NCBI GenBank assembly: GCA_002633005.1
Contig: NMRA01000142.1
Coordinates: 310,001 to 374,000 of the forward strand
From: Phoronis australis
Lineage: Eukaryota; Animalia; Phoronida
DNA length: 64,000 nucleotides
Direction of reading: 5' to 3'
The stretch's first letter is position 1. Each line of letters begins with the position of its first letter. The notes below the pieces were generated by a model. It saw nothing but the letters and a program-made list of their open reading frames with translations, did not search any database and was not told the origin of the DNA. Position numbers and translations under genes: made by a program. Positions 36,801 to 51,800 of this stretch are shown here, piece by piece.

Positions 36801-39800
36801 GACCAATCTTTGTACCCAGGAACAAGTTCTTCATAGTTGCCAGCAACATTGGGACCAGTTGTATGCTGAGTATTGTTTACTTCCCCATTTTTGTGTTTCA
36901 TCTCATCAGCTGCGTTGAGTTCATCGGATTCTTCTTCACATCTCATGTCATTCTGATCGTCATTATCCTTTGATCCTTCTTCATGTTTGTAATCAAAGTA
37001 ATCATCTTTGTTCAGAGATTCAGAGCCTTCATCACTCCTGGACTGTTTGTCCTTAACCTCAATATTTGCCGCAAGCCAGCTGGTATCATCGTTATTATTA
37101 GTGGTCTCAGATCTTTCTTCACCTTTAACCTCAATATTTGCTGTAGGCCAGCTGTCATCTTTGTTATTTGTTGTCTCAGATCGTTCTTCACTTTTGTTTT
37201 TTATCTCTAAGTCTTCCTTATTCTCTCTTGTGGCTTCATACCTGTTTTCATTGCTTTCCATTGACTGATTTTCTATACCAAGTAAATTTTCATCATCTGT
37301 GTGTTTTGTTTCAAAGTCATGCATTTTGCTGTACTCGATTGCTAAGTAAACACCCTCTTCATTGTCTTTTTCATCACTATTACCTGTCACAATTGAGTCC
37401 TTTCCAGGCTTCTTTTCACGTGCTTTAGTCTCAGCAACATTTGAATTTTCTCCATTCTCTGACTCATTCATTTGAGAATTGTGATGAACATTATTTAAGC
37501 CTTCTTCATTCTTTTTAATGGCTTGGGGGTTTTTGTCGCTGATGTATGGTTCTTGTATCACATCTGTAATCTCATCGGTATTGTTGTCTGTATTTGTATC
37601 TGTTGAACTTTCTTGTTTGGCACAGATTTCATTTTCCATATCAGTGTTTTCTGGGGTTTGACTCTGTGTTGCAGCATCCCCATATCTAGTTGTCATGTCA
37701 TTGGAGTCTTGGTTGTCAGTCGTGTCCAAATGTTTGTTGTGCGTAGTACGATTCTCTCTGCTAGCCACCATTGTTTCTTCCTCATGACCACTCTCTTCTT
37801 GCTGTTTGTCAAGTGAGTCATTTGTCTCTTCCCACAGGATGTCATTTTTGTTTTCTTGGTCTTCAGCCTTTGAATCTTCTTGTATGTTGTATATGTCTTC
37901 AAATGTATTTCTCAATTCATAGTCTGTCTGGTCAGCTGTGTCCTCAGTCTGAGAATCTTCATCATTGCCATTTGACGTGTCTGTATTTTCAGAGAGCTTT
38001 TCTTGTGCAGTTATTTCATTGTTATGGCCTGATTGTTTGGTATCATTCTCACCATCTCCAACAATGACACCAACACTATGTATGGTGCATATCTCTTCAA
38101 ATGTATTCCCCAATTCAAAGTCCTTCTGGTCAAACGTGTCTTCAGTCTGAGAATCTTTATCCTTCCTGATTGATGTGTCCGTAGTGTCAGAGAGGCTGTC
38201 ATATCCGACAGTTACATCAACACTATTTTCAGGTGTGTCATACTCTCCATCTTTGTTTGTGTTGTCCGACTGTTCTAGTGCTTCATTAATATCATCACTT
38301 GTGTATACAGTTTCTGGTTTTTCTGCATTATCTGTATCGTCTTTGAAGGTAGCATCCAATTCTGTTGGTCTCATATCAGTTTTACCTTGATTGTCTATAC
38401 CATTGTTGTCATCTGTTTCTGCACTTTCTGTATATTTTGTTTCATTTTCCTTGTTGTGGAGAGTAGTTTCAGAAACCTTTTTACTTCTGATATCTTTCTC
38501 CGAAGCATTAGTTGTAGCTTCTGAACTATGCACATTGTCACTTTGGTCATCTCTCACAATGCTATTTGATGTAACTCTGCATGTTGTCACCCCTTCAGCC
38601 TTGTCAGTGTTGTCTGTAGCCATGGTGTCATTTTTGTCAGCTGTGTTTGTAGCTTTGGAGCTTTCTGTCCAGACGTTATCTGTTTCGTTTTTATAAGTGT
38701 ACTTTGAATTTTCCGTGTAGTCAGCATCATTTTTACTGTATGTGTCAGTTCCTTCAAGGCTCATTTCGCACCCTGCATCATGTTTTTTACTGTCCTGAGT
38801 TTCTTTAGCGCTTACTTGGTGCATTTTATCAACATTTTCTAATGCATCTCTTTGTCTTGTTTCAACCTCATAGTCTGTGGTCTTTAATGGTTGGCTGTAC
38901 TTGAATTTTTCCTGTTTATTTATAGCAGAGAAATCTTTATTGCCAGCAACATATTCTTCATCTTGATCATTGTTACTTGAAGTATCTTTGTTGTAATTCT
39001 TGTCAGTTGTTTTTGAAATCATTGTACTGTCGTTCTCACGAATCACGTGAAATTCCCAAGAGCCTTCTTCATTCCTTCTGTCTTCAGTATCTCTTGTGTC
39101 ATCAACGTTGTTCGTGTCATCATATTCCATGGCTTCTGAAGCTTCTTGTGTTGATTCATCTTTGTTTGTGAGTGGAGAACGTTTTCCACACCTTCCACCA
39201 TCACTGTCATTGATACGTGTAGCGTTTTCAGGCATAATGTTGTGCTTATACTCTTTGTTCATAAGCTCGTCATGTCTGTTGTCAGTGTTATTCTGATCAT
39301 CGATGTCCATGTTCTTTGAAAATGCTTCTTTAGCATCATTCTCATTTTCTTTTATCGTAATGTCAGAACGTTGTTTTTGTTTCTCGACAGCCTCTCTAGC
39401 TGTATCCGGATGTTTTAAACTTTTCTCAGAGTTGGTTTCTTTCATTTCTAGTTCTTCATCACTACTTTTACCCATGATATGTATAACATCTCCATGGTTA
39501 GTGTCACTTGGTTCCTCTTTTTCAACTATCTCTGAATCTTTGTAACTGATGGCTTCTTTCTCTGTTTCTTTGTCTCGGACAGTGAAGTCATCTTTCATTG
39601 TGGTATCTGCATCATTTTCATAACTGGAAACAGTCTCTGTTTCATCTTTTTGTCCACTGTCTTCTTGGTCCCTTGTTTCTGTGGTCTGTTGACAGATGGC
39701 ATCTTTCTTTTCTTCTTCATTTGTAATAGTATCAGGTTGCCTGGTAGCCGCATCTAAAACATCTTTATAGCTGGTGTCATAATTTTCTGTAACATCTTCA

Positions 39801-42800
39801 CGGTCTGTAGAAGTTTGATTTTCTTTATCCATGACTTCTGAGCCATCGTGACAGGTAAGATCTTTCTGTTCTTTTCTAGAAATATGTAAGACACCTTCAT
39901 TGGTGCTTTCATCCCTTTTTACTTGCTGTGTTTCCTCTGAAACTTCTTCATTTGTTGCTTCCTCTTCACATCTGTCTTCACCTTCGAAGCTGGTGTCTTC
40001 CATGCTTGCTCTTCGTGTTACCTGTGAAATTTCCTCACATGTATCGTCTGGTGCTACCTCTTTATTTATATCTTCACCAATTTCTTGCTTGGTATCAGTG
40101 TTATCACAAACTTTTCCTACATCTTCGTAGCAAGTGTCATCCTTGTTTGCTCTTTGTGTTACTTGCGGAACTTCTTCAAGTGCTCTCTGAGCCTTTACTA
40201 CCTCTTCTTTTCTGTCTTCATCAATTACTTGCTTGGTATCAGTACCATCCCAAATTTTTCCATCATCTTTATAGCTGGTTGCTCTGTCAGTTACCACTGA
40301 AATTTCTTCGTATGCTGTAACATTCTGTGTTCCCTTATCATCCATGTCTTCAGAAACACTTTCTTGTTTGATATAAATGTCACTAGTTGCACCTATTGTC
40401 TCTGAACCTTCGTTGTATTTGTTGTGATGACATTGTTCTGCCTCATATTTTTCAGCTGTGTTCTCATCTTCCTTAGATGTGCTGTCAACACCTTTTTCAT
40501 CATCTAATACTATCTTAGACCTGGTATCAGTCACTGCTTCTGTGGTCTCTGAATCTTCTTGATAGATGACAACATCCTCTTTGTCAAGCATTTCCAAATC
40601 TTCTTGAGTCTTCTCTTGTATCGTCTTGTCATCTTTCGTAGTTGACTCCACATATTGAAGGTACATGGCATCGCTTTCATTGTACACAGTAGTATTATCG
40701 TTTTCTTTGGAAACACCTACTGAAACTACCTGACAGATAGTTTCATCTCTCTTTTCTTGTAGTGCCGCTGAAAATTCCTCATTTCCAATATTTTCGTTAA
40801 GTTCATTGCTAGTTGTGTCTGACTGTTCTTCACTGACAATGATGCCGTCATCCTCTCTGGCAATGTTTACCAACATGTCTTCTTGCCCGATGTAACGTTC
40901 TTCGTTGTCACTGGTGTCACTGATATTTCTATCCTCTTTTTCACTGAGAGTATTGTCATCTTTCCTGGGGATTTCAGAAATGTTTTCATTGCTGGCATTC
41001 TCCTGATCTGTATTCTCAACTGTCCCTATCTCCATAATATTGTCCTTGTCTTTTGGCCTCTTTTCTGTGGCCTCAGAGGCCTCTGAACTATATTGATGTT
41101 CTCTGTCTGCCTCATAGTTTCCTGTTGTCTCTTCTACTTCTTCAGACTTATATACAATCTCGTCATTTTTGTCACCAGATCCTTTTGATAATCTGTTATC
41201 ACTTTCAAAATCTTTATCAGCCTTATTGGCACTATCGAACATGAGTATTGGGTCATCTTTGCCAGATTCTTTTGAATGTTTTTGTCTGTCGTTCAGGTCT
41301 TCAGCCGTGTACATGACTGGTGAACATTCTTTGCCTTGGGCAACATCTTTGAAATCTTCAGTGAAGATTTTTATGTTATTTTCCTGCACACTACCCTCAC
41401 TGTCTTTGTCCAAGGCCACTGAGTACTTCTCTTGCTCGTTGTTAGTGTCTTCACTTAAGTTCTGAATTTCTAACACTATTTCAGACCTGGTAACTGGTTC
41501 TGCTTCAGTGTCCTCTGTGTCTCCTCTGTAGATGACAGCTTGCAACTCTAAATCTTCAGCAGTCTTGTTAATAACCTCTTCGTTAGCAGGCACCTCCAAA
41601 TCTTTCTTGCACTTGATACCGTCTTCTTGGCGTATTATTGCTTTCTCATATTCTTTGCCAGTGTGTTCTGAACCTGCTTGAAGGATGGCGCCGTCCTCTT
41701 TGTCTTTTAATGTGGCCACTGGAAGTTCCCCATCTTCAATATTCTGATCAGAAGCATTGTTATTTGTGCTATCATGGAATGTGTCCTGTGAACACGCTCT
41801 GTCTCTGGGAGCTTCTTTGCCATCGTCACTGGCTATTGTAAACTTCTTTTCATGCACACTGTCCTCATTATCTTTGTCAGTGGACTTCTCTTGTTTGACA
41901 TTAGTGTCTTCATTTGTGTTCTGAGTATCAGATATTACTTCAGAACTAGGACTTGTTTCTGACTCAATGTATTCTGAATCACCTTGGTAGGTGACACCAT
42001 GCAGCTTTAATATTGTAGCACTGTAAATTTCTTTGTCAGTGTCTTCTGAACCTTTTTGACAGGTGGCATCATCCTTTTTGTCATTTCTTGTAACCACTGA
42101 AAATTCCCCATGCTTGGTATTCTGATCAAAAGTGTTGTTAGTTGTGTCTAGGAGTTCTGCACTCATATTGTCTCTGACGTCTTCATTGGCAACTGTCTCT
42201 AAAACGTCATTGTGACCAAAGCCAATTGTATCCTCAGCACTTGCACTGATGTCATACCTGCTACTATGCTGTGTTTTGAATACCACTTGATATTCGTCCA
42301 ACCTCCCATCATCCATGTCAACCAAAATGTCTTCCTGGTTTTTGCCATCTCCTTTGTCTCTGGTATCACAATTTTGATGACTAATGACATTTCTTTCTTC
42401 TATTACAGTTTTAATTTTGTCGTCCTTTACAGTGTTCAAATCCTCTCTGTTACAAGATGCATTTTGGTCAACCGTGTGATCTTTCCCAGTCTCCACTTCA
42501 TTGTCTCTTTCTCCGTAACTGTTTTCAGTATCTGGGTGGACTTCGTCATCATTGCTCTTTGCGTGCAAACATTCATTCTTGGTATCAGTCTCTATGTCTT
42601 TAACATTGTCATCTGGATCTCCTGCAAACTTGGAATCTTTCTTACCTGCTTCGTCCATTCCCTCTAAAGCGCTTTCACTCTGATGTTCATAATCGCTATC
42701 ATTATCAGTGACCTCTGAACCATCTTTATGCATGCTGTCCGCCTCATATGGTTCCCTTGTTTCATCGCCTTCAGACATTTTTTCAATTTCAACTTTTTCA

Positions 42801-45800
42801 GAATCATTTTCTTCATGCCTGTTACCAGTTTTATTGTCTTGTGAACCAACAGGCATTGAGTCTTTGTCATCTTTGCCAGAATCTTTTAACCCTTCTTGAT
42901 CGTCATCTTTATGCCTTTTTAATGACTTGTCATCATTTCTGGGAGCTTCTGTGATGATGTTATTGTTGTTGACAGTTGCGTCATCTTCTGTGTCCAATGC
43001 CTCTTTACACTTCTGTTTCTCTGAGTCGTCAGTTGTGTTTTGAATGTCATATATCATTGCTGACCTGTCCGTGTCTATTTCAGATGCCTCTAAATCATCT
43101 TGACAGATCGCAGCTGCTTCCATTTTGTCAAACAGTTCCAATTGTCCTTCAGTGTCATCTTTTTTGGCAGTAGTTTCTCCAGTGTTTTGGCAGGTGCTAT
43201 CGATTTCTCTGTATGAAGTATTAATTGCCTTTTCTTTGGCATTGTCTTCTGAAACTTCTTCACGGATGTCATCTTCCTTTCTGTCTTTGCATGTGGCATC
43301 TGAATGATCCCCGTGATCAGTATTCTGATTAGCAATCTTGTCAGTTGTGTCGTCTCTGTATTTGTCCTGTGAACATTCTCCACTTGTGGAGGTATTTTCA
43401 CTATCTTCATTGGCTGTTTGAGTGTTCTTTTCATGCATGCTATCCTCATTCTCTTTGTACATGTCCTCTGAGTGCTTCTCTTGCCTGCTGATAGTGCCTG
43501 CACGTGTGTTATGAATATCCAATGTTATTTCAGACCTGGTGCTTGTTTCTGGTTCAGTGTCCTCTGAATCTTCTTGGTGGTCAACAGCATGCAACTCCAA
43601 GTCTTCAGCAGTCATGTCAATTATGTCTTCTTTGTCAACAGCACCCAAACCTTCCAGGGAGCCTATTTCATTGCTTTTATATATTGTGGCATTCTCACTT
43701 TCTTTGTCAGTGTCTTCTGGACCTTCTCGACTGATTATATCGTCCGATTTGTCTTTGGATGGCATATCTGAAATTTCCTCATGCTTTATATTTTGATTAG
43801 AAGTATTGTCATCCTTGTAGGTATCCTGTGAACATTCTATGCTTCTGGGATCATCTTTGTCATCTTCATTGTCAATTTTTACATTCTTTTCATGCACACT
43901 ATCCTTTTTACTGTTTTCCGATGCCTCTGAGTACTTCTCTTGCTGGTCATTAGTGTCTGCACTTGTACTCTGAATATCTAACATCATTTCAGACTTGGCA
44001 ACTGTTTCTGCTTCAGTGTCACCTGAATCCTCTTGATAGATGACAGTATCCAACTCCAATGTTGTGGCATTCTCAATTTCTTTTTCAGTGTCTTGAAAGG
44101 TGGCAACATCCTTTTTGTCTGTTCTTGTGACCTCTGAAAATTCCCCATGCTCAATATTCTGATCACAGGTATTGTTAGTTGTATCTGAATTTCCTAGACT
44201 TATATTGTCTCTGCCATCCATATTGGCAACTGTCACCAGAACTTCACTGTGGCTGAGGTCAACCGTACAAGTTTTTCCATGTCTCTCATCAATTTCATTG
44301 CAGTCTTTTTCAGTCACTTGGGAACCAACAGGCTTTGAATCTGTGTCATCTTTGTCAGAATCTTTTGAACCTTTTTGTCTGTTCTCTTGCTCACCATCTT
44401 CATGCTTGTATTGTGACTTGTCACTTCCGAGATCATCTTTATCATCTTCATTGATGATCTCATCATATTTGTCCATTTTTTGTTTGTGCTTTTGTTGCTC
44501 CTTGTCATTGTCATCAGTTGTGTTTTGCATGTCAGGTGTTACTTCTGAGATTTCGTCTGCCTCTGCTTCAGTCACCTCTGAGTCTTCTTGGCGAATTGCG
44601 GCAGCCTCTACTTTGTCAAACAGCTCTGAATGCTCTTTAGTATTGTCTGTGGTAGCAGTTTCCACAGTGTTTTGACAGGTGCTATCATTTTCTTTGTCTG
44701 TAGTAGCAATTGCCTTTTCTTTGCTAGTGTCTTTAAATTCTTCACCAATAGAAACATCTTTTCTATCTGTGTATGTGGCCTCTGAAAATTTCCCATGCTC
44801 AATATTTTGATTGGAAGTATTGTCTGTATTGTCATCCCTGGAGATTCCCTGTGAACATTCCACACTTGTGGAGACATCTTTGTCATCTTGATTGTCAAAT
44901 TTAACATTGTCGTGCACACTGTCCTCGTTATCTTTCTCCATGGCCTCTGATTTCTTGTGTTGTTTGTCATTAGTGTCTGCTGTTGTGTTCTCATTACCTG
45001 ATATCATTTCAGATCTGGTGTCTGTTTCTGCATTAGACTCCTCTGAATTTCTTCGGTAGGTGACATCATCCAGGTCCACTGCTGTGGCATTCTCAATTTC
45101 TGTTTCAATGTCTTTCAAACCTTCTAGACAGGTGGCATCTTCATTTTCGTCTTTTCTTGTGACCTCTAAAAATTCCCCATGCTCAATATTCTGATCAGAA
45201 GTATTGTTAGTTGTAACTGAATTTTCTTCACACACATTTGCTCTGTCATCTTCATTGGCAACTGTCACTAAAACTTCACTGGAGCTGAAGTCACCTTTGC
45301 TCACAGCACTTGAACTGATGTCGGGCCTGCTACCATGTGTTTTGGACAGTTCTAAATATTCGTCCATCCAGCCATCACCCGTACTGGCTTTGTGCATGTG
45401 AACCAAAGTGTCTTCATGGCTGTTAACGTTTTCTTCTTTGTCGGTGGTATCAGAACTTTGCTGACTAATCACATTTCTTTCTTCTCTCACAGTTGTCATT
45501 TTGTTGTCTTTTACAGTGCTCAAATCTCCTATGTTACAAGATGTATTTTGCTTAATGTTATGAGCTTTTCCAGTCTCTACTTCATTGTCTGTTTCTCTGT
45601 AACTGTCTTCAGTGTCTCGATGGACTTCATCATCATCGGCCTTTGCCTGCAAACCTTCTCCATCCTGGTTATCATCTCCTTTGTCTTTAACAGCGTCATC
45701 TGAATCTTTTTCAGGCTTAAGATCTTTCTCACCTACTAGAGCCATCGCCTCTGAAGCACTTTCACACAGGCATTCATAGTTGCTATCATTGCCAGTAACC

Positions 45801-48800
45801 TCTGATCCATTTTTATGCATTCCATCTGTTTCGTGGTTTTTGATTGCCTCATTGTCTTTGTTAGGCATTTTATCAATTTCATATTTTTCAACACAAGTTT
45901 TTTCATGCCTGTCACCAGTTTCGTTGTAGTCTTTTTCAGTTTGTTGTGAACCAACAGGCATTGAATCTGGGTCATCTTTGTCAAAAGCTTTTGAGCCTAC
46001 TTGTTTGTTGTCTTGCTCATCTTTATGATTGTCTAGTGATTTGTCACTTTTGTTAGCATCTTTGAGATCTTCATTGATGTTCTGATCATCTTTGTCCAAC
46101 TTCTGTTTGCACTTTTGTTGCTCCTTGTCATTGTCATCAGTTGTATTTTGCATTTTGTGTGCTGTAGCTGGGCTTTGGTCTGTCTCTGCGTCAGTTGGCT
46201 CTGAATCATATTGGTGAATTGTAGCAGCCTCTATTTTGTCAAACAATGCTGAATGTTCTTCAGTATCATCTTCTTTGGCATTAGATTCCACATTGTTCTG
46301 GCAGGTGGTATCATTTTCTTTGTAAGCAGTTGCAATTGCTTTTCCTTTGTCAGTGTCTTCTGAAACTTCACCTATGGAAACATTCCTTCTGTCCATGCAT
46401 GTGGCCTCTGAAAATTCTTCATGCTCAGCATTCTGATGAGAAGTATTGTCGATTTTGTCATCTTTGTATGTGTCCTGTGAACATTCCATGCTTCTGGGGT
46501 CCTCTTCATTGATAATTTTAAAATTGTTTTCATGCGCATTATCCTCGTCATCTTTGTCGATGTCCTCTGAGTTGCTGTGTTGCTTGTCATTAGTGTCTCC
46601 ATTTGTGTTCCGATTATCTGTCATTTCAGACCTGGCATCTGTTTCTGCTTGAGACTCCCCTGAATTTTCTTGGTAGATGACAGTATTCAGGTCCGCTATT
46701 ATGGCATTCTCAAGTTCCTTTTCAATGTCTTCTGAATCTTCTTGATAGGTGGCATCATCCATTTTTTCTTTTCTTGTGGCCTCTGAAAATTCTCCATGCT
46801 CAATATTCTGTCCAAAAGTATTGTTAGTTGTATCTGATATTTCTTCACACATTTTGGTTTTGTTTTCTGCATTTGCAACTGTCACTAAAACTTCACTGTG
46901 GCTGAAGTCAACTGTACCCGTTGCATTTGAACTAATGCCAGATCTGCTACCATGCTGTGGTTTGGATACCTCTGAATATTCATCCATACTGCCACCACCC
47001 ATTTTAGCTTTGTCCATGTGAACCAAAATGTCTTCCTGGCTATTACCATTTTCTCCTTTGTCGCTCGTATCAGAACTTTGAGGACTAATGACATTTCCTT
47101 CTTCTGCTACAGTTGCAATTTTATCGTCTTTTACAGTGTCCAAGCCCTGTGTGTTACCAGATGTGTTCTGGTCAACATCATAAGCTTTCCTAGTCTCCAC
47201 TTCATTGTCGATTTCTTTGTAAATGTCTTCAGTATCTGGATCAGCTTCATCATCACTGCTTCTTGTCTGCAATCCTTCTCCATCCTTGATATCATCTTTG
47301 TCTTTAACTGTGTCCTCTGAATCTTTTTCAGGCTTGAGATCTTTCTTACTCACTTGATCCATCTCTTCTGAAGCACTTTCACACTGACGTTCATAGGTAG
47401 TATCATTGTCAATGATCTCTGATCCATCTTTATGCATGCTGTCTACATCATATTTTTTGGTTGTCTCATCTTCTTCAAACATTTTATCAGTTTCAAAATT
47501 TTCAGCATTCATTTTTCCATGCCTGTCGTCAGTTTCATTGCAGTCTTTTTCAGTGTCTTGTGAACCTGTAGGCATTGAGTCTGTTTCATCTTTGTTAGAA
47601 TCTTTTGAACTTTCTTGTCTGTTGTCTTGTTCATCATATTGAAGCTTGTCTTTTGACTTGTTGTCATTTCCTAGAGCATCTTTGGCATCTTCATTGATGA
47701 TGTTCTCATCATTTTTGTCCGATGTCTGTTTGCACTTTTGTTGCTCCTTGTCATTATCATATGATGTGTTTTGTATGTCGGGTGTTGGCATTGCGCTGTT
47801 GTCTGTCTCTACTTCAGTTTCAACTGAGTCATCTTGGTGTATTGCAACAGCTTCTATTTTGTCAAACAGTTCTGAATGTTCTTCAGTATCACCTTCTTTG
47901 AGAATAGTTTCTACACTGTTCTGACTGGTGCTGTCTATTTCTTTGTATGAAGGTGCAATTGCTTTTCCTTTGCCAGTATCTTCTGAAACGTCTTCACCAA
48001 TGGGAACATCCTTTCTGTCTATGTATGTGGCCTCAGAAAATTCTTGCTCATTATTCTGATTAGATGTGTTGTCAGTTGTGTCATCCCTGTAGATGTCCTT
48101 TGAACATTCCTCTGTTCTAGGGACATCTTTTTCGTCTTGATTGGGAATTTTAACGTTGTTTTCATGCACACTATCCTCGTTATCTTTGTCCATTGCCTCT
48201 AAGTTCTTGTGTTGTGTGTCATTAGTGTCTGCACTTGTGTTCTGAATAATCAATGTCATTTCTGACCTGGCATCTGTTTCTGCTGTAAACTTCCCTGAAT
48301 TTCCTTGGTAGATGACACTATCCAGGTCCGCTGTTATGGCATGCTCAATTTCCTTTTCAGTGCCTTCTGAACTTTCTTGATAGGTGGCATCATCCATGTT
48401 GTCTTTTCTTGTGGCCTCTGAAAATTCCCCATGCTCAATATTCTGATCAAAAATACTGTTAGTTGTGTCTGAATTTTCTTCGCACATATTGGTTCTGTTT
48501 TCCACACTGGCAACTGTCACTAAAACTTCACTGTTGCTGAAGTCAATTGTACCCATAGCACTTGAACTAATGTCAGATCTGCTACCATGCTGTGGTTTGG
48601 TTACCTCTAAATATTCGTCCATACTGCCACCACCCATTTTAGCTTTGTCCATGTGAACCAAAATGTCTTCCTGGCTATTACCATTTTCTCCTTTGTCGCT
48701 CGTATCAGAACTTTGAGGACTAATGACATTTCCTTCTTCTGCTACAGTTGCAATTTTATCGTCTTTTACAGTGTCCAAGCCCTCTGTGTTAACAGATGTG

Positions 48801-51800
48801 TTCTGGTCAACATCATAAGCTTTCCAAGTCTCCACTTCATTGTCTATTTCTTCGTTAACGTCTTCAGTATCTGGATCTGTTTCATCATCATTGCTCCTTG
48901 TCTGCAATCCTTCTCCATCCTTGATATCATCTTTGTCTTTAACTGTGTCCTCTGAATCTTTTTCAGGCTTGAGAGCTTTCTTACTCACTTGATCCATCTC
49001 TTCTGAAGCACTTTCACACTGACGTTCATAGGTAGTATCATTGTCAATGATCTCTGATCCATCTTTATGCATGCTATCTACATCATATTTTTTGGTTGTC
49101 TCATCATCTTCAAACATTTTATCAGTTTCAAAATTTTCAGCATTCATTTTTCCATGCCTGTCGTCAGTTTCATTGCAGTCTTTTTCAGTGTCTTGTGAAC
49201 CTGTAGGCATTGAGTCTGTTTCATCTTTGTTAGAATCTTTTGAACCTTCTTGTCTGTTGTCTTGTTCATCATATTGAAGATTGTCTTTTGACTTGTTGTC
49301 ACTTCCTGGAGCATCTTTGGCATCTTCATTGATGATGTTCTCATCATTTTCGTCCGATGTCTGTTTGCACTTTTGTTGCTTCTTGTCATTATCATATGAT
49401 GTGTTTTGTATGTCGGGTGTTGGCATTGCGCTGTTGTCTGTCTCTACTTCAGTTTCAACTGAGTCATCTTGGTGTATTGCAACAGCTTCTATTTTGTCAA
49501 ACTGTTCTGAATGTTCTTCAGTACCACCTTCTTTGAGAATAGTGTCCACACTGTTCTGACTGGTGCTGTCTATTTCTTTGTATGAAGGTGCAATTGCTTT
49601 TCCTTTGCCAGTGTCTTCTAAAACTTCTTCACCAATGGGAATATCCTTTCTGTCTATGTATGTGGCCTCAGAAAATTTTCCTTGCTCATTATTCTGATTA
49701 GAAGTATTGTCAGTTGTGTCATCCCCGTAGATGTCTTTTGAACATTCCTCAGTTCTAGGGACATCTTTTTCGTCTTGATTGGCAATTTTAACCTTGTTTT
49801 CATGCACACTATCCTCGTTATCTGTGTCAGTTGCCTCTAAGTTCTTGTGTTGCGTGTCATTAGTGTCTGCACTTGTGTTCTGAATATTCAATGTCATTTC
49901 TGACCTGGCATCTGTTTCTGCTGTAAACTCCCCTGAATTTCCTTGGTAGATGATACTATCCAGGTCGCCTGTTATGGCATGCTCAATTTCCTTTTCTGTG
50001 CCTTCTGAACCTTCTTGATAGGTGGCATCATCCATGTTGTCTTTTCTTGTTGCCTCTGAAAATTCCCCATGCTCAATATTCTGATCAAAAAGACTGTTAG
50101 TTGTGTCTGAATTTTCATCGCACATATTGGTTCTGTTTTCCACGTTGGCAACTGTCACTAAAACTTCACTGTGGCTTAAGTCAACTGTACCCGTAGCATT
50201 TGAACTAATGCCAGATCTGCTACCATGCTGTGGTTTGGATACCTCTGAATATTCATCCATACTGCCACCACCCATTTTAGCTTTGTCCATGTGAACCAAA
50301 ATGTCTTCCTGGCTATTACCATTTTCTCCTTTGTCGCTCGTATCAGAACTTTGAGGACTAATGACATTTCCTTCTTCTGCTACAGTTGCAATTTTATCGT
50401 CTTTTACAGTGTCCATGCCCTCTGTGTTAACAGATGTGTTTTGGTCAACATCATAAGCTTTCCCAGTCCCCACTTCATTGTCTATTTCTTTGTAAATGTC
50501 TTCAGTATCTGGATCAGCTTCATCATCACTGCTCCTTGTCTGCAATCCTTCTCCATCCTTGATATCATCTTTGTCTTTAACTGTGTCCTCTGAATCTTTT
50601 TCAGGCTTGAGATCTTTCTTACTCACTTGATCCATCTCTTCTGAAGCACTTTCACACTGACGTTCATAGGTAGTATCATTGTCAATGATCTCTGATCCAT
50701 CTTTATGCATGCTGTCTACATCATATTTTTTGGTTGTCTCATCATCCTCAAACATTTTATCAGTTTCAAAATTTTCAGCATTCATTTTTCCATGCCTGTC
50801 GTCAGTTTCATTACTGCAGTCTTTTTCAGCATCTTGTGAACCTGTTGGCAATGAGTCTGTTTCATCTTTGTTAGAATCTTTTGAACTTTCTTGTCTGTTG
50901 TCTTGTTCATCATATTTAAGCTTGTCTTTTGACTTGTTGTCACTTCCTGGAGCATCTTTGGCATCTTCATTGATGATTTTCTCATCATTTTTGTCCGATG
51001 TCTGTTTGCACTTTTGTTGCTCCTTGTCATTATCATATGATGTGTTTTGTATGTCAAGTGTTGGTGTTGCACTGTTCTCTGTCCCTACTTCAGTCTCAAC
51101 TGAGTCATCTTGGTGAATTGCAATAGCTTCTATTTTGTCAAACAGTTCTGAATGCTCTTCAGTATCTCTTTCTTTGAGAATAGTTTCCACACTGTTCTGA
51201 CTAGTGCTGTCTATTTCTTTGTGTGAAGGTGCAATGGCTTTTCCTTTGCCAGTGTCTTCTGAAACTTCTTCACCAATGGGAACATCCTTTCTGTCTATGT
51301 ATGTGGCCTCAGAAAATTTTCCTTGCTCAATATTCTGATTAGAAGTATTGTCAGTTGTGTCATCCCCGTAGATGTCCTTTGAACATTCCTCAGTTCTAGG
51401 GACATCTTTTTCGTCTTGATTGGCAATTTTAACCGTGTTTTCATGCACACTATCCTCGTTATCTTTGTCCATTGCCTCTAAGTTCTTGTGTTGCGTGTCA
51501 TTAGTGTCTGCACTTGTGTTCTGAATATTCAATGTCATTTCTGACCTGGCATCTGTTTCTGCTGTAAACTCCCCTGAATTTCCTTGGTAGATGACACTAT
51601 CCAGGTCCGCTGTTATGGCATGCTCAATTTCCTTTTCAGTGCCTTCTAAACCTTCTTGATAGGTGGCATCATCCATGTTGTCTTTTCTTGTGGCCTCTGA
51701 AAATTCCCCATGCTCAATATTCTGATCAAAAATACTGTTAGTTGTGTTTGAATTTTCTTCGCACATATTGGTTCTGTTTTCCACATTGGCATCTGTCACT